64,000 nt of DNA from an uncultured delta proteobacterium (GTDB lineage Bacteria > Myxococcota_A > Polyangia > Polyangiales > Houyiibacteriaceae), in the NCBI GenBank assembly GCA_963845195.1, contig CAWJRH010000004.1:1638104-1702103 (forward strand). Direction: 5' to 3'. Below are positions 34,863 to 45,293 of the stretch, in pieces (the first letter of the stretch is position 1; each line of letters starts with the position of its first letter). The translations under genes and the position numbers were made by a program. The notes beneath the pieces were generated by a model. The model saw only the letters and a program-made list of their open reading frames with translations, had not been told where the DNA came from and ran no database searches.

Positions 34863-35939
34863 TCAGCCCCGAAGCACGTCCGGCCGTTCGCCGATCTTCG
34901 GATGCACGACCCCGCGCTCGGTGTAAATCGAATCGACCAAGGCCGCAGGAGTGATGTCAAACGCGGGGTGCCGGCAATGGATGCCGTCGGGAACGAGGCT
35001 GCGCCCGGCCATCGTAGCGACTTCCTCGTGCGAGCGCTCCTCGATGGGGATATCGGCCCCCGAACCCATTCTGAGGTCCACGGTGCTCCAGGGTGCGGCG
35101 ACCGTGAAAGGAACCGCGTGGTGGTTTGCCAGCACCGCAACCGGGTACGTGCCGATCTTGTTGGCGACATCGGCATTGGCCGCAATACGGTCGCTGCCGA
35201 CGACGACGAACTGAATCTCGCCGCGCTGAAAGAAGTGGCCGGCCATGTTGTCGGTTATCACCTCGACGGGAACCCCGTCCTGGTGGAGTTCCCAGGCGGT
35301 CAGTCGGGCGCCCTGAAGGTACGGTCGGGTCTCGTCGGCAAGCACGCGGATGCCTTTGCCCTGTGCGTGCGCCGCCCGAATGACGCCGAGAGCGGTGCCA
35401 TAGCCGCCGGTCGCGAGCGCCCCCGCATTGCAATGCGTCAACACCACCGCGCCCTCGGGAACATCGGCTGCGCCAAGCTCGCCCATCCTGCGACAGGCCG
35501 CGACGTCTTCGCGGTGGATGTCTTCGGCCTCTGCAAGCATCGCAGCGAAACGGGAGGCGGGAGCCTGCTCCGCGACTTGCCCGGCTCTGCGGGACATGCG
35601 TGCGATCGCCCAGCCGAGGTTGACCGCGGTCGGCCGGGTTTCGTTGAGAATCCTTCCGGCCATCCCGTTGGCGACCAAGAAGATCCGGGCGTCGCCCTCT
35701 TCTCCTCGCGCCAGGAGCGCCAGTCCGTAGGCGGCGGCAATGCCAATCGCGGGCGCGCCTCGAACGACCATGGATCGGATCGCATTCGCGACTTCGTCCG
35801 GCGTTCGATATCGGTGGTAGACGACGGCTTCGGGAAGCTGCCGCTGGTCGAGCATCACGACCTCGTCGGTCGCAGGATCGTATTCGACGGCGAACCAGTC
35901 GGCGCCGCTCAATGGGTCCCGGCCGAGACGATGGGTCAT
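34863..35939 (-). CDS. mtnA: S-methyl-5-thioribose-1-phosphate isomerase
   Basis: It shows the eIF-2B-like family pattern LDQRQLP...[19 protein letters not shown]. The ATG overlaps the gatB stop codon (ATGA). Confidence 0.9.
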   Translation of the reverse strand: MTHRLGRDPLSGADWFAVEYDPATDEVVMLDQRQLPEAVVYHRYRTPDEVANAIRSMVVRGAPAIGIAAAYGLALLARGEEGDARIFLVANGMAGRILNETRPTAVNLGWAIARMSRRAGQVAEQAPASRFAAMLAEAEDIHREDVAACRRMGELGAADVPEGAVVLTHCNAGALATGGYGTALGVIRAAHAQGKGIRVLADETRPYLQGARLTAWELHQDGVPVEVITDNMAGHFFQRGEIQFVVVGSDRIAANADVANKIGTYPVAVLANHHAVPFTVAAPWSTVDLRMGSGADIPIEERSHEEVATMAGRSLVPDGIHCRHPAFDITPAALVDSIYTERGVVHPKIGERPDVLRG

Positions 35940-37399
35940 GGGGTGTTCAAGAGCCGCCGAAGAATTTCGTTCACGATCCTCGGGTTCGCTGAGCCTTGGG
36001 TAGCTTTCATCACCTGGCCAACGAAAAAGCCGAGCACGCTGGTCTTGCCGCCGCGGTACTGATCCACCTGCCCTGGGTTCGCCTCGAGGATCTCCCGCAC
36101 GGTTTGCTCGATTGCACCCTCGTCGGTGACCTGCGCAAGGCCCTGCTCCTCGATGATGGTACTCGCGGACCGGCCGCTCTCGACCATCGAGGCGAAGACC
36201 TTCTTAGCGATCTTCCCGTTGATGGTCCCATCCTCGACCGCAGTGAGAAGCTCACCAATCGCTTCTGGCGAGATGGGAAAGCTCGCGGACAGCCCGTCGG
36301 TTTCCACGTGACGCATCACTTCAGACTGAATGAAGTTCGCGGCCTTCTTGCCCGCCTGCGCGGCACCAAGGGCAGACGACAGGTCGAGAGCATGGACGGC
36401 CCGCTCGAAGTAATCAGCAATCGCCGGGTGGGCGCTCAATACGCCCGCGTCGTAGTCCGTCAGGCCGAGTTCGCTCTGCCAACGAGTTCGCTTGGCCTCC
36501 GGCAGCTCGGGCAATGCATCACGAAGTGCTCGTATTCGCGCCTCATCGACCACGATCGGCGGCAGATCGGGGTCGGGGAAATAGCGGTAGTCGTGCGCTT
36601 CTTCCTTGCTCCGCATGGACACCGTCTTGCCCTGCTCCTCGAGCCAGGTTCGGGTCTCCTGCACCACCGTACCGCCCCCCTGGAGCACCGCCTCTTGGCG
36701 CGCGATCTCGTGGTCGATGGCCTTCTTCACGAATCGAAAAGAGTTGATGTTCTTGAGTTCGGCGCGGGTGCCGAGTTCTTCTTGTCCGACCGGCCGGATC
36801 GACACGTTGGCATCACATCGAAACGAGCCCTCTTCGAGGTTGCCGTCGTTGACGCCGATGAACATCAGAATGTCGCGAAGCTTCTTCAGATAGGCTTCCG
36901 CCTCGTCGGCGCTTCGGAGATCGGGCTCGCTGACGATCTCGATGAGCGGCGTACCGGCGCGATTGAAATCGACGAGCGTGGCGTCCGTGCTCGCTCCGCC
37001 GTGAATGTTCTTGGCGGCATCTTCTTCGACGTGGATCCGCGTAATCCCAATGGACCGCGTCTCGCCGTCGACTTCGATGTCGAGCCGACCCGCCTCGTTC
37101 AACGGCAGCGCGAATTGCGAAATCTGATAACCCTTTGCGAGATCCGGATAGAAGTAGTTCTTGCGGGCGAAGCGACTCATCTGCGCCACCTCGCAGCCAA
37201 GAGCGAGTCCGGCCTGGACTGCAAACTCGATCGCGGCACGGTTCGTCACGGGAAGCGACCCCGGGAGGCCCAAGCATACTGGACAAGTGTGCTCGTTCGG
37301 CGGGGCTCCGTAGTCTGCAGGGCAACCGCAGAAGAGCTTCGTTCGCGAGCGCATCTGCGCGTGTACTTCGAGCCCAATCACGGCCTCATAGGCGGTCAT
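35936..37399 (-). CDS. gatB: Asp/Glu-tRNA amidotransferase subunit B
   Basis: The pattern [19 protein letters not shown]...[12 protein letters not shown] is present. The protein is 487 aa. Confidence 0.95.
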   Translation of the reverse strand: MTAYEAVIGLEVHAQMRSRTKLFCGCPADYGAPPNEHTCPVCLGLPGSLPVTNRAAIEFAVQAGLALGCEVAQMSRFARKNYFYPDLAKGYQISQFALPLNEAGRLDIEVDGETRSIGITRIHVEEDAAKNIHGGASTDATLVDFNRAGTPLIEIVSEPDLRSADEAEAYLKKLRDILMFIGVNDGNLEEGSFRCDANVSIRPVGQEELGTRAELKNINSFRFVKKAIDHEIARQEAVLQGGGTVVQETRTWLEEQGKTVSMRSKEEAHDYRYFPDPDLPPIVVDEARIRALRDALPELPEAKRTRWQSELGLTDYDAGVLSAHPAIADYFERAVHALDLSSALGAAQAGKKAANFIQSEVMRHVETDGLSASFPISPEAIGELLTAVEDGTINGKIAKKVFASMVESGRSASTIIEEQGLAQVTDEGAIEQTVREILEANPGQVDQYRGGKTSVLGFFVGQVMKATQGSANPRIVNEILRRLLNTP

Positions 37400-37496
37400 G
37401 CGTGCGGGTTATAGCGCACCCCGGACGGATGGCCACGACGTGTAACGGGCGAGATCGATTGGCAATCTACGATGGCATTACCCAATATGAAGGGGG

Positions 37497-38996
37497 GTGG
37501 ATATACCTGCTGCAGAGTACGAGCGGAGTAGCACCGCGCCCGAACGGTTTCGGGCGCTGGTGGTGGACGACAGTCCGACGATCCGAAAGCTCGTCGTCGG
37601 CAAGCTCACTGAGCTCGATCTCGACGTGACCGAGGCAGGCTCCGGCGAAGAAGCACTCCAGGCGACTCTCGACCAAACGTTCGACCTCGTGGTGAGCGAC
37701 ATCGAGATGGGCGCGATCACTGGAGTCCAGCTCTGCCGAGTGCTGCGTCGAGACCCGGTGATGGCGGACGTAGCCTTCATCTTGCTGACCGCAGCCAAGG
37801 AAGCGAAGACCCGCTTCTGGGGTCGCAACGCGGGGGCGGACGCCTACCTTGCGAAGGAACACATGAGCACCGATTTGGTGCCTGCGGTGCGCGGCCTGCT
37901 CGAAGGGCGCAGACCGCGCAAGAGCGCGCGCCCGGAGTTCACCGGCACCCCGATTGAGCGCGTGAGCGCGGTTCTCGACGATCACCTCTTCGATGTCGTC
38001 GTGGCTTCCGAGGTCCGAAAGCTGATGGACCACGTCCACGATCGCATCGAGTTCGGTGCCAAGACGCTCCAGCTCGCTGCAGAGGTGATCGGTTGCCCCT
38101 ACCTCGTCCTCAAGCTCCACGGACCCGGTGGGCCCAGCTACTCGGTGCTGGCGCGAGGCCCGTGGCCCGAGGACGAGTCCACCGCGGGATTGGCAGCGCT
38201 CGCCATCCCAGAGACCTCGATCCCCGCAACACATACCGTGGTCGCGCGTGAGCCGCGCTTCGGCGACGGCATTCACGCCGTGGCAGGGAAGGCACAGGTC
38301 TGCGACATCCGGGTCGGCGACGAAGTGCTCGGGAGTCTGCAGCTCTTTTCGGGACCGACTGAATGCGCACCGGCTGACGTGCAGAGCGCCACCTTGGTTG
38401 CAAGCGCGCTCGGCATCGTCGTGAAATCCCTCTTCCTCATCGAAGAAACGCAGCTTTTGGCGCTCACCGACGGGCTCACGGGGCTCTACAATCGTCGACA
38501 CGCGACGAAGAGACTCGGAGAAGAGATCGCACGCGCACGCAGAAACGGCACGGGGCTTTGCGTGGCCATGTGCGACGTCGACCACTTCAAGGCGATCAAC
38601 GACGAGTTTGGACACGGCGCCGGAGACCGGGTGCTTCAGCAGATCGCCGCCTCTCTGACGGAGTACGTGCGTCGAAACGACGTCGTGGCGCGCTGGGGCG
38701 GCGAGGAGTTCTTGGTGATCTTCTCCGAGATCAAGCTCACTGCAGCGCGCATCGTGGCCGAGCGACTCCGAGGACGGCTTGCCAACACCCCGAAGGTCGA
38801 AGGCGGGCCAGATCAGATCACCGTGAGCGTCGGGCTCTCGATGCTCGATTCCGACACCGATGCGGAGACGCTGATCGAGCAAGCGGATCAGGCCCTCTAT
38901 CGCGCGAAGGCGCGAGGTCGCAACCGCGTCGAGATCGCCGGCGAAGAGCGCCGGACGGAGTCGGGCGTCATGCAAACGCAGGCGGACGGGACGTGA
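37497..38996 (+). CDS. response-regulator diguanylate cyclase (REC + middle domain + GGDEF with I-site)
   Basis: The REC domain shows ALVVDDSPTIRKL. The GGDEF domain shows DGLTGLYNRR...RRNDVVARWGGEEF, with RxxD five residues before GGEEF. It uses a GTG start. Confidence 0.9.
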   Translation: MDIPAAEYERSSTAPERFRALVVDDSPTIRKLVVGKLTELDLDVTEAGSGEEALQATLDQTFDLVVSDIEMGAITGVQLCRVLRRDPVMADVAFILLTAAKEAKTRFWGRNAGADAYLAKEHMSTDLVPAVRGLLEGRRPRKSARPEFTGTPIERVSAVLDDHLFDVVVASEVRKLMDHVHDRIEFGAKTLQLAAEVIGCPYLVLKLHGPGGPSYSVLARGPWPEDESTAGLAALAIPETSIPATHTVVAREPRFGDGIHAVAGKAQVCDIRVGDEVLGSLQLFSGPTECAPADVQSATLVASALGIVVKSLFLIEETQLLALTDGLTGLYNRRHATKRLGEEIARARRNGTGLCVAMCDVDHFKAINDEFGHGAGDRVLQQIAASLTEYVRRNDVVARWGGEEFLVIFSEIKLTAARIVAERLRGRLANTPKVEGGPDQITVSVGLSMLDSDTDAETLIEQADQALYRAKARGRNRVEIAGEERRTESGVMQTQADGT

Positions 38997-40431
38997 CGAG
39001 CCCGCAGGCGTCCTCGACGACCTGCGCTGCGCTGCACATACGCTCTTCCTCGAACGCAGGCGCGGTAATCTGAACCCCGATGGGAAGCCCGTCGGAAGAA
39101 AGCCCACACGGCGTGCTCAGCGCTGGCAGGCCAGCGAGGCTCGCCGGGAGCGTGAAGACATCGGCAAGGTACATCTCGAGCGGATCGCTCTTCTTTTCAC
39201 CGAGCGCGAAGGCGGGCGTCGGCGTGGTCGGACTGCAAATGACGTCGCAGGACTCGAACGCGGTCTGGAAGTCTTCGCGTATCAGGGTCCTCGCGCGCTG
39301 CGCTCGCAGATAGAACGCGTCGTAGTACCCCGCCGACAGCGCGTAGGTGCCCAGCATGATGCGGCGACGAACCTCAGGCCCGAAGCCTTCGGCACGCGTT
39401 GCCGTATAGGTTTCGGTGAGATCGGAGCCCGATACGCGGAGGCCATACCGCATGCCGTCGAAACGAGCGAGGTTGCTCGACGCCTCGGCGGGCGCGATCA
39501 GATAGTAGACCGACACCGCGTGCTTGGCGCGAGGGAGGGTCACATCGACGAGGGAGGCGCCCTCCTGCTCGAGCGCCGCGAGTGCCTTTTCGATCGCCTG
39601 ACGAACCTCAGCGTCCTGGAGCCCATCGATCTGATCGCGTACGACGCCGACACGCATCCCTTGGATCTCTCTGCCGCACGACGCTTCATAGGACGAAACC
39701 GGTCGGTCGGAGGAGGTTGCGTCGCGAGGATCGTGTCCGGCAACGACTTCGAGCAGCAGCGCGGCCTCTCGGACCGTACGCGCCATCGGGCCAACCTGAT
39801 CGAGCGAAGACGCGAAGGCGATGAGGCCGTAGCGTGAAACGCGACCATAGGTCGGCTTCATCGCGGTCAAGCCGCAGAACGCGCCGGGCTGGCGAACCGA
39901 GCCGCCGGTATCGCTCCCAAGGGAAAGCACGGCGAGACCGGCTGCCGTCGCGGCCGCCGATCCCCCTGACGACCCACCCGGAGCACGGTCGAGGTTCCAC
40001 GGATTGTGGACGTCTCCGAACGCGGAGTTTTCGTTCGACGAACCCATGGCGAACTCGTCGAGGTTGGTCTTGCCAAGAATCACCGCACCCGCTTGGCGCA
40101 GTCTTTCGACGACGTGCGCGTCGTAGGGAGGCACATATCCAGCCAGAATCTTCGAGGCACAGGTCGTCGGGACGCCGCGCGTGCAGAGGTTGTCTTTGAC
40201 CGCGATCGGCACTCCCGCGAGTGGACCCAGGTCGCGGCCCGCTTCACGCTCCCGATCGACTTGCGCTGCGGCCGCGAGCGCGCCCTCGTGGTCGACGTAG
40301 AGGAACGAGCCGAGTTGCGGGTTCAGCGCCTCGATGCGATCGAGGTAGGCTCGCGTGGTTTCGACGGCGCTGACCGTGCCGTGCGCGACGTCCTCACGAA
40401 TCTCGAACGCCGTTTGCCAGCCGATATTCAT
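38968..40431 (-). CDS. gatA: Glu-tRNA(Gln) amidotransferase subunit A
   Basis: The amidase signature GGSSGGSAAATAAG is present. The protein is 487 aa. Its 3' end overlaps the convergent GGDEF gene by 29 nt. Confidence 0.95.
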   Translation of the reverse strand: MNIGWQTAFEIREDVAHGTVSAVETTRAYLDRIEALNPQLGSFLYVDHEGALAAAAQVDREREAGRDLGPLAGVPIAVKDNLCTRGVPTTCASKILAGYVPPYDAHVVERLRQAGAVILGKTNLDEFAMGSSNENSAFGDVHNPWNLDRAPGGSSGGSAAATAAGLAVLSLGSDTGGSVRQPGAFCGLTAMKPTYGRVSRYGLIAFASSLDQVGPMARTVREAALLLEVVAGHDPRDATSSDRPVSSYEASCGREIQGMRVGVVRDQIDGLQDAEVRQAIEKALAALEQEGASLVDVTLPRAKHAVSVYYLIAPAEASSNLARFDGMRYGLRVSGSDLTETYTATRAEGFGPEVRRRIMLGTYALSAGYYDAFYLRAQRARTLIREDFQTAFESCDVICSPTTPTPAFALGEKKSDPLEMYLADVFTLPASLAGLPALSTPCGLSSDGLPIGVQITAPAFEEERMCSAAQVVEDACGLVTSRPPAFA

Positions 40432-40733
40432 CCGTCGACCTCGAGCACGCGCGGGACCGCGAAGCCTCCCGCCTCCGACTCCGGCGCTTCGGCGAGGATC
40501 TCCTGGCGGTCGGTGCAGGGTACCGGCACGTCGGGTCTCAACGTCGCGCCGGTGTCGACGGCATGCAGAGTCGGCTCAGCGCCGGTGCAGTCGAGGGCAT
40601 CGAGTTCGGCGATGTATCCGAGGATCGCATCGAGCTGCGCCTGCATCTGACCGGCTTCCTCGGCCGAGAGCTGGAGGCGCGCTAGCTTGGCGACGCGAAG
40701 CACCTCGTCCACACTGATTTTTGGGTCGGCCAC
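40428..40733 (-). CDS. gatC: Asp/Glu-tRNA amidotransferase subunit C
   Basis: The sequence ISVDEVLRVAKLARLQLSAEEA is typical of GatC. A GTG start at 40733 gives 101 aa. The ORF also stays open up to ATG 40781. The stop codon overlaps the gatA start. Confidence 0.85.
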   Translation of the reverse strand: MADPKISVDEVLRVAKLARLQLSAEEAGQMQAQLDAILGYIAELDALDCTGAEPTLHAVDTGATLRPDVPVPCTDRQEILAEAPESEAGGFAVPRVLEVDG

Positions 40734-40818
40734 GGCGGCCGAAAGTAGCAGATCCGCCCTGGGGCGCGAGGACTGCGCCATGGCTCACGAAAAGCGCCCT
40801 TTTGATTGACGAAGCTAC

Positions 40819-42273
40819 TTGGTCCGTCGTACGTTTTCATTGAAACGGACGTTTGCGGTGACATTAGAACTAATTCGTTGGCTGGCTCACCAACTCCATC
40901 TCGCGCTTCTCGAGGAGAGCCGCGATGGACAGCTCAGCGCCAACGTCGACGCGCTCGACCGACTCGGCAAGCCGCAGCTGGAAGAGATCGGGCGCGACCT
41001 TGCCACCTTGGTCGATCTCGACGACCCGGGAGAGCTGCTCGAAGCGCTCGCCGACGCGCGTGCCGGGCAGCAGGTAGCCTTCGAGGTACGTCCGGGGGTC
41101 GAGCTGCTCGCCATGCCCACCGAGGGCGGGGGGCTCGCGGTCTTGGTGCCCCCGAGCAAAGCCGCTGCGGGGGCGATGCAGGCCAAGGCGGCAGCCGCCG
41201 ATCTCGCCGCAGGGGTCTCGCACGAGGTGGCAAACGCACTCAGCGCGATCGTCGGTTGGGCACAGGTTGCGCGGGAGCGCCCGGACAAGGCGTCGCCCGA
41301 AGAAGCCCTGAGCCTCATCGAGAAGAGCGCACAGGTTGCCCGTGATGCAACGCAGGACCTCTTGCGGATGGTACGCAATACCAACCACGAAAAAAGCCGC
41401 GCGGATCTCGCCACCGTTCTCAACGACGTAGCGCGCCTTCTCCGGCCCGAAGCGCAGCAAAAGCGAGTCACCGTGCATGCCAACTCCGACGAGGCCTGCT
41501 GGGTGGATGCGAAGCGGTCTCAGCTCTTTTCGATCGTTTGGAACCTCGCACACAACGCCGTGCAAATGGTGCCGTCTGGGGGTCAGGTGCGTCTCGAAGT
41601 GCGCCATCGTGGGGACCTCGTTGAACTCGAGGTCCAGGACGACGGCCCCGGAATGTCGACCGCCCAGCGGGACAAGGTGTTTGAGCCCTACTACACGACG
41701 CGCGCCGAAGGCACGGGACTCGGACTTGCGATCGTACGCGGAACGGTCGAGTCGCTCGGAGGTCGCATTCGGCTCGATAGCTCTCCGGGACAGGGAGCCA
41801 CGTTTCGGATCCAACTTCCGGCGGTCGGCGCCCGGCGAGAATCTGAGCTCATCCAGCGAACCCCCCGCATCAGCCGCGTGATGAGACCCGAAGAGGCCGA
41901 GCGCGTGCACATGCTCGTCGTCGAAGACGACGAAGGGGTACGCGGATTGATCTCGACGGCGCTGGCGCTCGGGGGAGTGACCTCGACCTGTGTCGCGTCC
42001 GCGGACAAGGCGCTCGAACGCAAGGAAAGGTTCTCCGCAGCGCTGATCGATCTCACTTTGCCCGATTCACGAGGCGACATCCTGCTCGCTGCCCTCCGGG
42101 CAAACGGTACGGTCTCGACCGCGGCGATCATGAGCGGCGCGCCTCCCCCGGACGACACCGATCCGGGCGGGCAGCCCGATCGCTGGCTTCGAAAGCCGTT
42201 CGACCCGTCGGACCTGATGGTCTGCGTGCGCGAGCTGACCGAACTAGACCTGAAGAACGCCGCCAACTCCTGA
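40819..42273 (+). CDS. hybrid sensor histidine kinase (HisKA + HATPase + C-terminal receiver)
   Basis: Motifs are the H-box GVSHEVANAL, the G-box GTGLGLAIVRG, and the receiver segment MLVVEDDEGVR...LIDLTLPD. The start is uncertain (TTG 40819 or GTG 40858). Confidence 0.85.
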   Translation: MVRRTFSLKRTFAVTLELIRWLAHQLHLALLEESRDGQLSANVDALDRLGKPQLEEIGRDLATLVDLDDPGELLEALADARAGQQVAFEVRPGVELLAMPTEGGGLAVLVPPSKAAAGAMQAKAAAADLAAGVSHEVANALSAIVGWAQVARERPDKASPEEALSLIEKSAQVARDATQDLLRMVRNTNHEKSRADLATVLNDVARLLRPEAQQKRVTVHANSDEACWVDAKRSQLFSIVWNLAHNAVQMVPSGGQVRLEVRHRGDLVELEVQDDGPGMSTAQRDKVFEPYYTTRAEGTGLGLAIVRGTVESLGGRIRLDSSPGQGATFRIQLPAVGARRESELIQRTPRISRVMRPEEAERVHMLVVEDDEGVRGLISTALALGGVTSTCVASADKALERKERFSAALIDLTLPDSRGDILLAALRANGTVSTAAIMSGAPPPDDTDPGGQPDRWLRKPFDPSDLMVCVRELTELDLKNAANS

Positions 42274-43087
42274 GCCCCACCGCGCGGCGAGGGTACGGAT
42301 GTGTTGCGGCCCAGTCCCGCAGCACCCGCCGACGACCGTGGCACCGAGGTCGACCCATCGTTCCGCGAGAATCGGCGTATCGGCGGGCAGCCTCCTCTGC
42401 TGGAGCGTCCCAGCCCAAACCCTCGTCGGGACTCCCCGCGTTGGCGTAGACCCCGATCGGAGCGCCGACCGATGCGAGTGCGTCGACGAACGGAGCGGTG
42501 CGCGTCGCTGCGATGCAGTTGACGAGCAGACGCCCGGCACCGAGCCGCATCGCTCGCTCACCAATGCGCGCGAAGTCTTTGGGTTCGAGCAAGTCACCCC
42601 GGGGGCCCGCAGTCATCGCGAGCCACACCGGACGTCGGGCATCGACCGCCGCGCGCACTGCAGCCAACGCCTCGGCCTCGTGAGCGAACGTCTCGCAGAG
42701 CAGGATGTCCGCCCCGGCGTCGACGAGCGCATGAGCGACCTCCGCGTGCTCGGCATACGCGGCATCGCCGGGGCTGAGGTCCGGTCGATAGCAGTCTGCC
42801 AGCGGCGCAATGCTGCCAAGCACCCGATCGTCCCTGCCGATCGACGCGCGGGCGATCCGCACAGCCGCGTGAAGATCATCTCGCCACGTCGACCCGAGAA
42901 CGGGACGTTGAGTCCGAAAGGTGTTGGCAGTGTGCAGCGTGGCGCCGGCCGCCGCATAGTCGGCGTGAACTTGAGCCAGGGTCTTAGGCGCATTCCGAAT
43001 CGCCTCCGCGCTCCAGGCGGGCGGCTCGAGCGCAACGCCGCGAAGGCCGAGCTGAGTTCCAAGGGCGCCGTCGAGAATCTGCATCAC
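42244..43087 (-). pseudogene. mmuM: homocysteine S-methyltransferase (MmuM/YbgG family) interrupted by a +1 frameshift near 42371-42380
   Basis: The N-terminal ~235 aa lie in frame 42128..43087 (MMQILDGALGTQL...GVYANAG...AEEAARRYAD). The conserved C-terminus ILAERWVDLGATVVGGCCGTGPQHIRTLA lies in the frame of ORF 42244..42597. Either frame alone gives Arg-rich nonsense on the other side of the junction. Confidence 0.7.
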
Positions 43088-43154
43088 TGGTGTCTCTCAG
43101 TCTGGGTGTACTGCACCCACTGACCCGCTGGAAGAGAGCTGTTAGGCTCCGCCG

Positions 43155-45293
43155 GTGGACGCAAGAACTCAGACGTCGTTCATCGCGGCGCTCCTATGCC
43201 TCGCGCTCGCAGCGAGCGTTCTCCTGCGTCCGGAGCGCCGACGGGCCCACTGGCTGTTCGGCATCCTCGCGATCAACATGGGGCTCTGGTACCTGAGCAC
43301 CTTCATGGTGGGGGTCAGCGGCAACCTTCCGTTTTGGAGGCGCGCGAATCTCATCTGCGCGGTGCTTCTGCCGCTATCCGCGGTCCGTTTCTTCGGCGTC
43401 ATGGCGCCATCGGAAAGCCACCGCACCCGCCTGGTGGGGCGCGCGGCCGTGGTGGGCGCAGTCGTTCTGCTCGGAGCCATGCTCACCCCGTTCTACGATC
43501 ACACGATCGTGGTCGCGGGACTCTTGCTCTACGTCATCGTGTTCCTGACCCTCGCCCTCCTCTATCTCTTTCAGCTCGGATTCGAGGCCAGCTCTCGCGC
43601 GGAGGGTGCTCGCCTTCGCTACATCGCACTCGTCGGCGGGCTCGGCGGCGTGTTCACCCTGATCGAATATCTGCCGTATTTCGGACTCGATATCCCGCCG
43701 GTGGGCACCGTGCTCATCCTGGTGTTCCTCTATGCCCTGTCGCAGTCGATCATGCTGTATCGTCTGATCGATCTCTACGAGGTGGCGGGACGCCTTGGTG
43801 TCCTGACCGCGCTTGCGTTCATGCTTGCCGTGCTTCTGTGGCTGATGCGCCTCGTGTCCGGCGAGCAGCTTTTCTTGCATGTCGTCGTGTCGGCGTTCGT
43901 GGTGCTCATTTTGTTCGACCCGGTCCGCGCGCGAGTGCAGCAGTGGATTTCGCAAGTGTTCTTCCACGAACGCTTCGAGCTCGAGCGCTCCGTAGGCGCT
44001 CTTCGGCGGTCTCTCACGCACATTCTCGACGTCGACGAGCTCGGAGGGGCGCTGATGAAGGGCCTGTCTGACTCACCCCGCTTCACTCAGGGCGCGCTCT
44101 ACCTAATCGCTCCCGACGGGCTGCATTTCGCAACGCACAGCTCCTTTGGCCCAAAGGCCCCCGAGCGAGTCGAGATGGCGCCCGTTCGCCCGCTGCTCGA
44201 CCGTCTTGGCAGTAGCGGCGTGGCCGTGCTCGAGAGTCTGGAACGGGAACTCGAGGACAGCAGGCTCGCGGGGGAGGACCGTGAGGCCGAAACCGCACAC
44301 GACGTCGCGGTCATCCTTCGCGCGCTTCAGGCCTCCGTTTGCCTTGGCATCAGGGGCGAAGGCGGCGATGTCTACGGACTGCTAACCGTCCGCGACGATC
44401 GGCTGCGCGATGCGTTCTCTAGCGAGGAGATTCAGCTCTTGGCGGGACTCGCAGCGCAGGTTGCGGTGACCGTGGAGAACTCCGAGCTCTACCGGCAGAT
44501 GAAGGACAAGGACCGCCTCGCAGCGCTCGGCGAGATGGCCGCAGGACTCGCCCACGAGATTCGAAACCCGCTCGGATCGATCAAGGCTAGCGCCCAGTTC
44601 CTGGGCGAGACAGACCGCGACTTCGAGCAGGCCCGAGAGTTTCTCGACATCATCGTAGACGAGGTCGACCGGCTGAATCGGGTCGTCGGCTCGTTCCTCG
44701 ACTACGCGCGCCCTGCCGGCACGAATCCAGAAGCCATCTACGTGAACTCCGCCGTGCAGCGGACGCTTCAGCTACTGCGGCCCGAGTGCGACGCCGCCTC
44801 GGTCGCATTGCACATCACGCTCGATCACGACTTGCCCAAGGTCCGCATCGAAATCGAATACCTGCGGCAGGTGCTAATCAACCTGGTTCAGAACGCAGTG
44901 CAAGCAATGGACACCGGGGGGGATATCTATGTCGAGACGCGCACACAGGATCGGTTTCGCATCGGTGGCGGCGCCGATCGCTGGGTCCAGATCAGCGTCC
45001 GCGATACCGGCCCCGGCATCGCCCCAGCACTGCTCACGAACTTGTTCGTGCCATTCGTGACGACCAAACAGCAGGGAACGGGGCTCGGCCTCGCCATCTC
45101 TCAACGCATCGTCAGCGAAGCGGGCGGTCGAATCGACGTTCGGAGTCGACAGGGCTACGGCACCACGTTCGTCGTACTCCTGCCCTCAGAAGAGCCGGAA
45201 CCCACCTTCGACTCGCTTGCACCGGACGGAGCCGCGGAGTCCGCCGGCGATGCCGACAATCCGTCCGCTCGACTCGAAGCGGTCGAACCGTAG
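43155..45293 (+). CDS. multi-TM sensor histidine kinase (membrane N-domain + GAF-like + HisKA + HATPase)
   Basis: There are about 7-8 hydrophobic segments at the N-terminus. Motifs are the H-box LAHEIRNPLGSI and GTGLGLAISQRIV. It uses a GTG start. Confidence 0.85.
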   Translation: MDARTQTSFIAALLCLALAASVLLRPERRRAHWLFGILAINMGLWYLSTFMVGVSGNLPFWRRANLICAVLLPLSAVRFFGVMAPSESHRTRLVGRAAVVGAVVLLGAMLTPFYDHTIVVAGLLLYVIVFLTLALLYLFQLGFEASSRAEGARLRYIALVGGLGGVFTLIEYLPYFGLDIPPVGTVLILVFLYALSQSIMLYRLIDLYEVAGRLGVLTALAFMLAVLLWLMRLVSGEQLFLHVVVSAFVVLILFDPVRARVQQWISQVFFHERFELERSVGALRRSLTHILDVDELGGALMKGLSDSPRFTQGALYLIAPDGLHFATHSSFGPKAPERVEMAPVRPLLDRLGSSGVAVLESLERELEDSRLAGEDREAETAHDVAVILRALQASVCLGIRGEGGDVYGLLTVRDDRLRDAFSSEEIQLLAGLAAQVAVTVENSELYRQMKDKDRLAALGEMAAGLAHEIRNPLGSIKASAQFLGETDRDFEQAREFLDIIVDEVDRLNRVVGSFLDYARPAGTNPEAIYVNSAVQRTLQLLRPECDAASVALHITLDHDLPKVRIEIEYLRQVLINLVQNAVQAMDTGGDIYVETRTQDRFRIGGGADRWVQISVRDTGPGIAPALLTNLFVPFVTTKQQGTGLGLAISQRIVSEAGGRIDVRSRQGYGTTFVVLLPSEEPEPTFDSLAPDGAAESAGDADNPSARLEAVEP

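Noticed and set aside
35996-37414. 472-aa ORF on the plus strand
   Set aside because: It is fully antisense to the unmistakable gatB gene, and its sequence is Arg/Leu/His-rich and low in information.
37467-39107. 546-aa ORF on the minus strand
   Set aside because: It is antisense to the REC-GGDEF gene, which has clear domain motifs, so this is a shadow ORF.
40782-40818. AAAAG-cgcc-CTTTT mini-hairpin between gatC and the hybrid kinase
   Set aside because: The stem is only 5 bp and is A/T-rich, and it lies in a divergent promoter gap. That is insufficient for a terminator or regulatory call.
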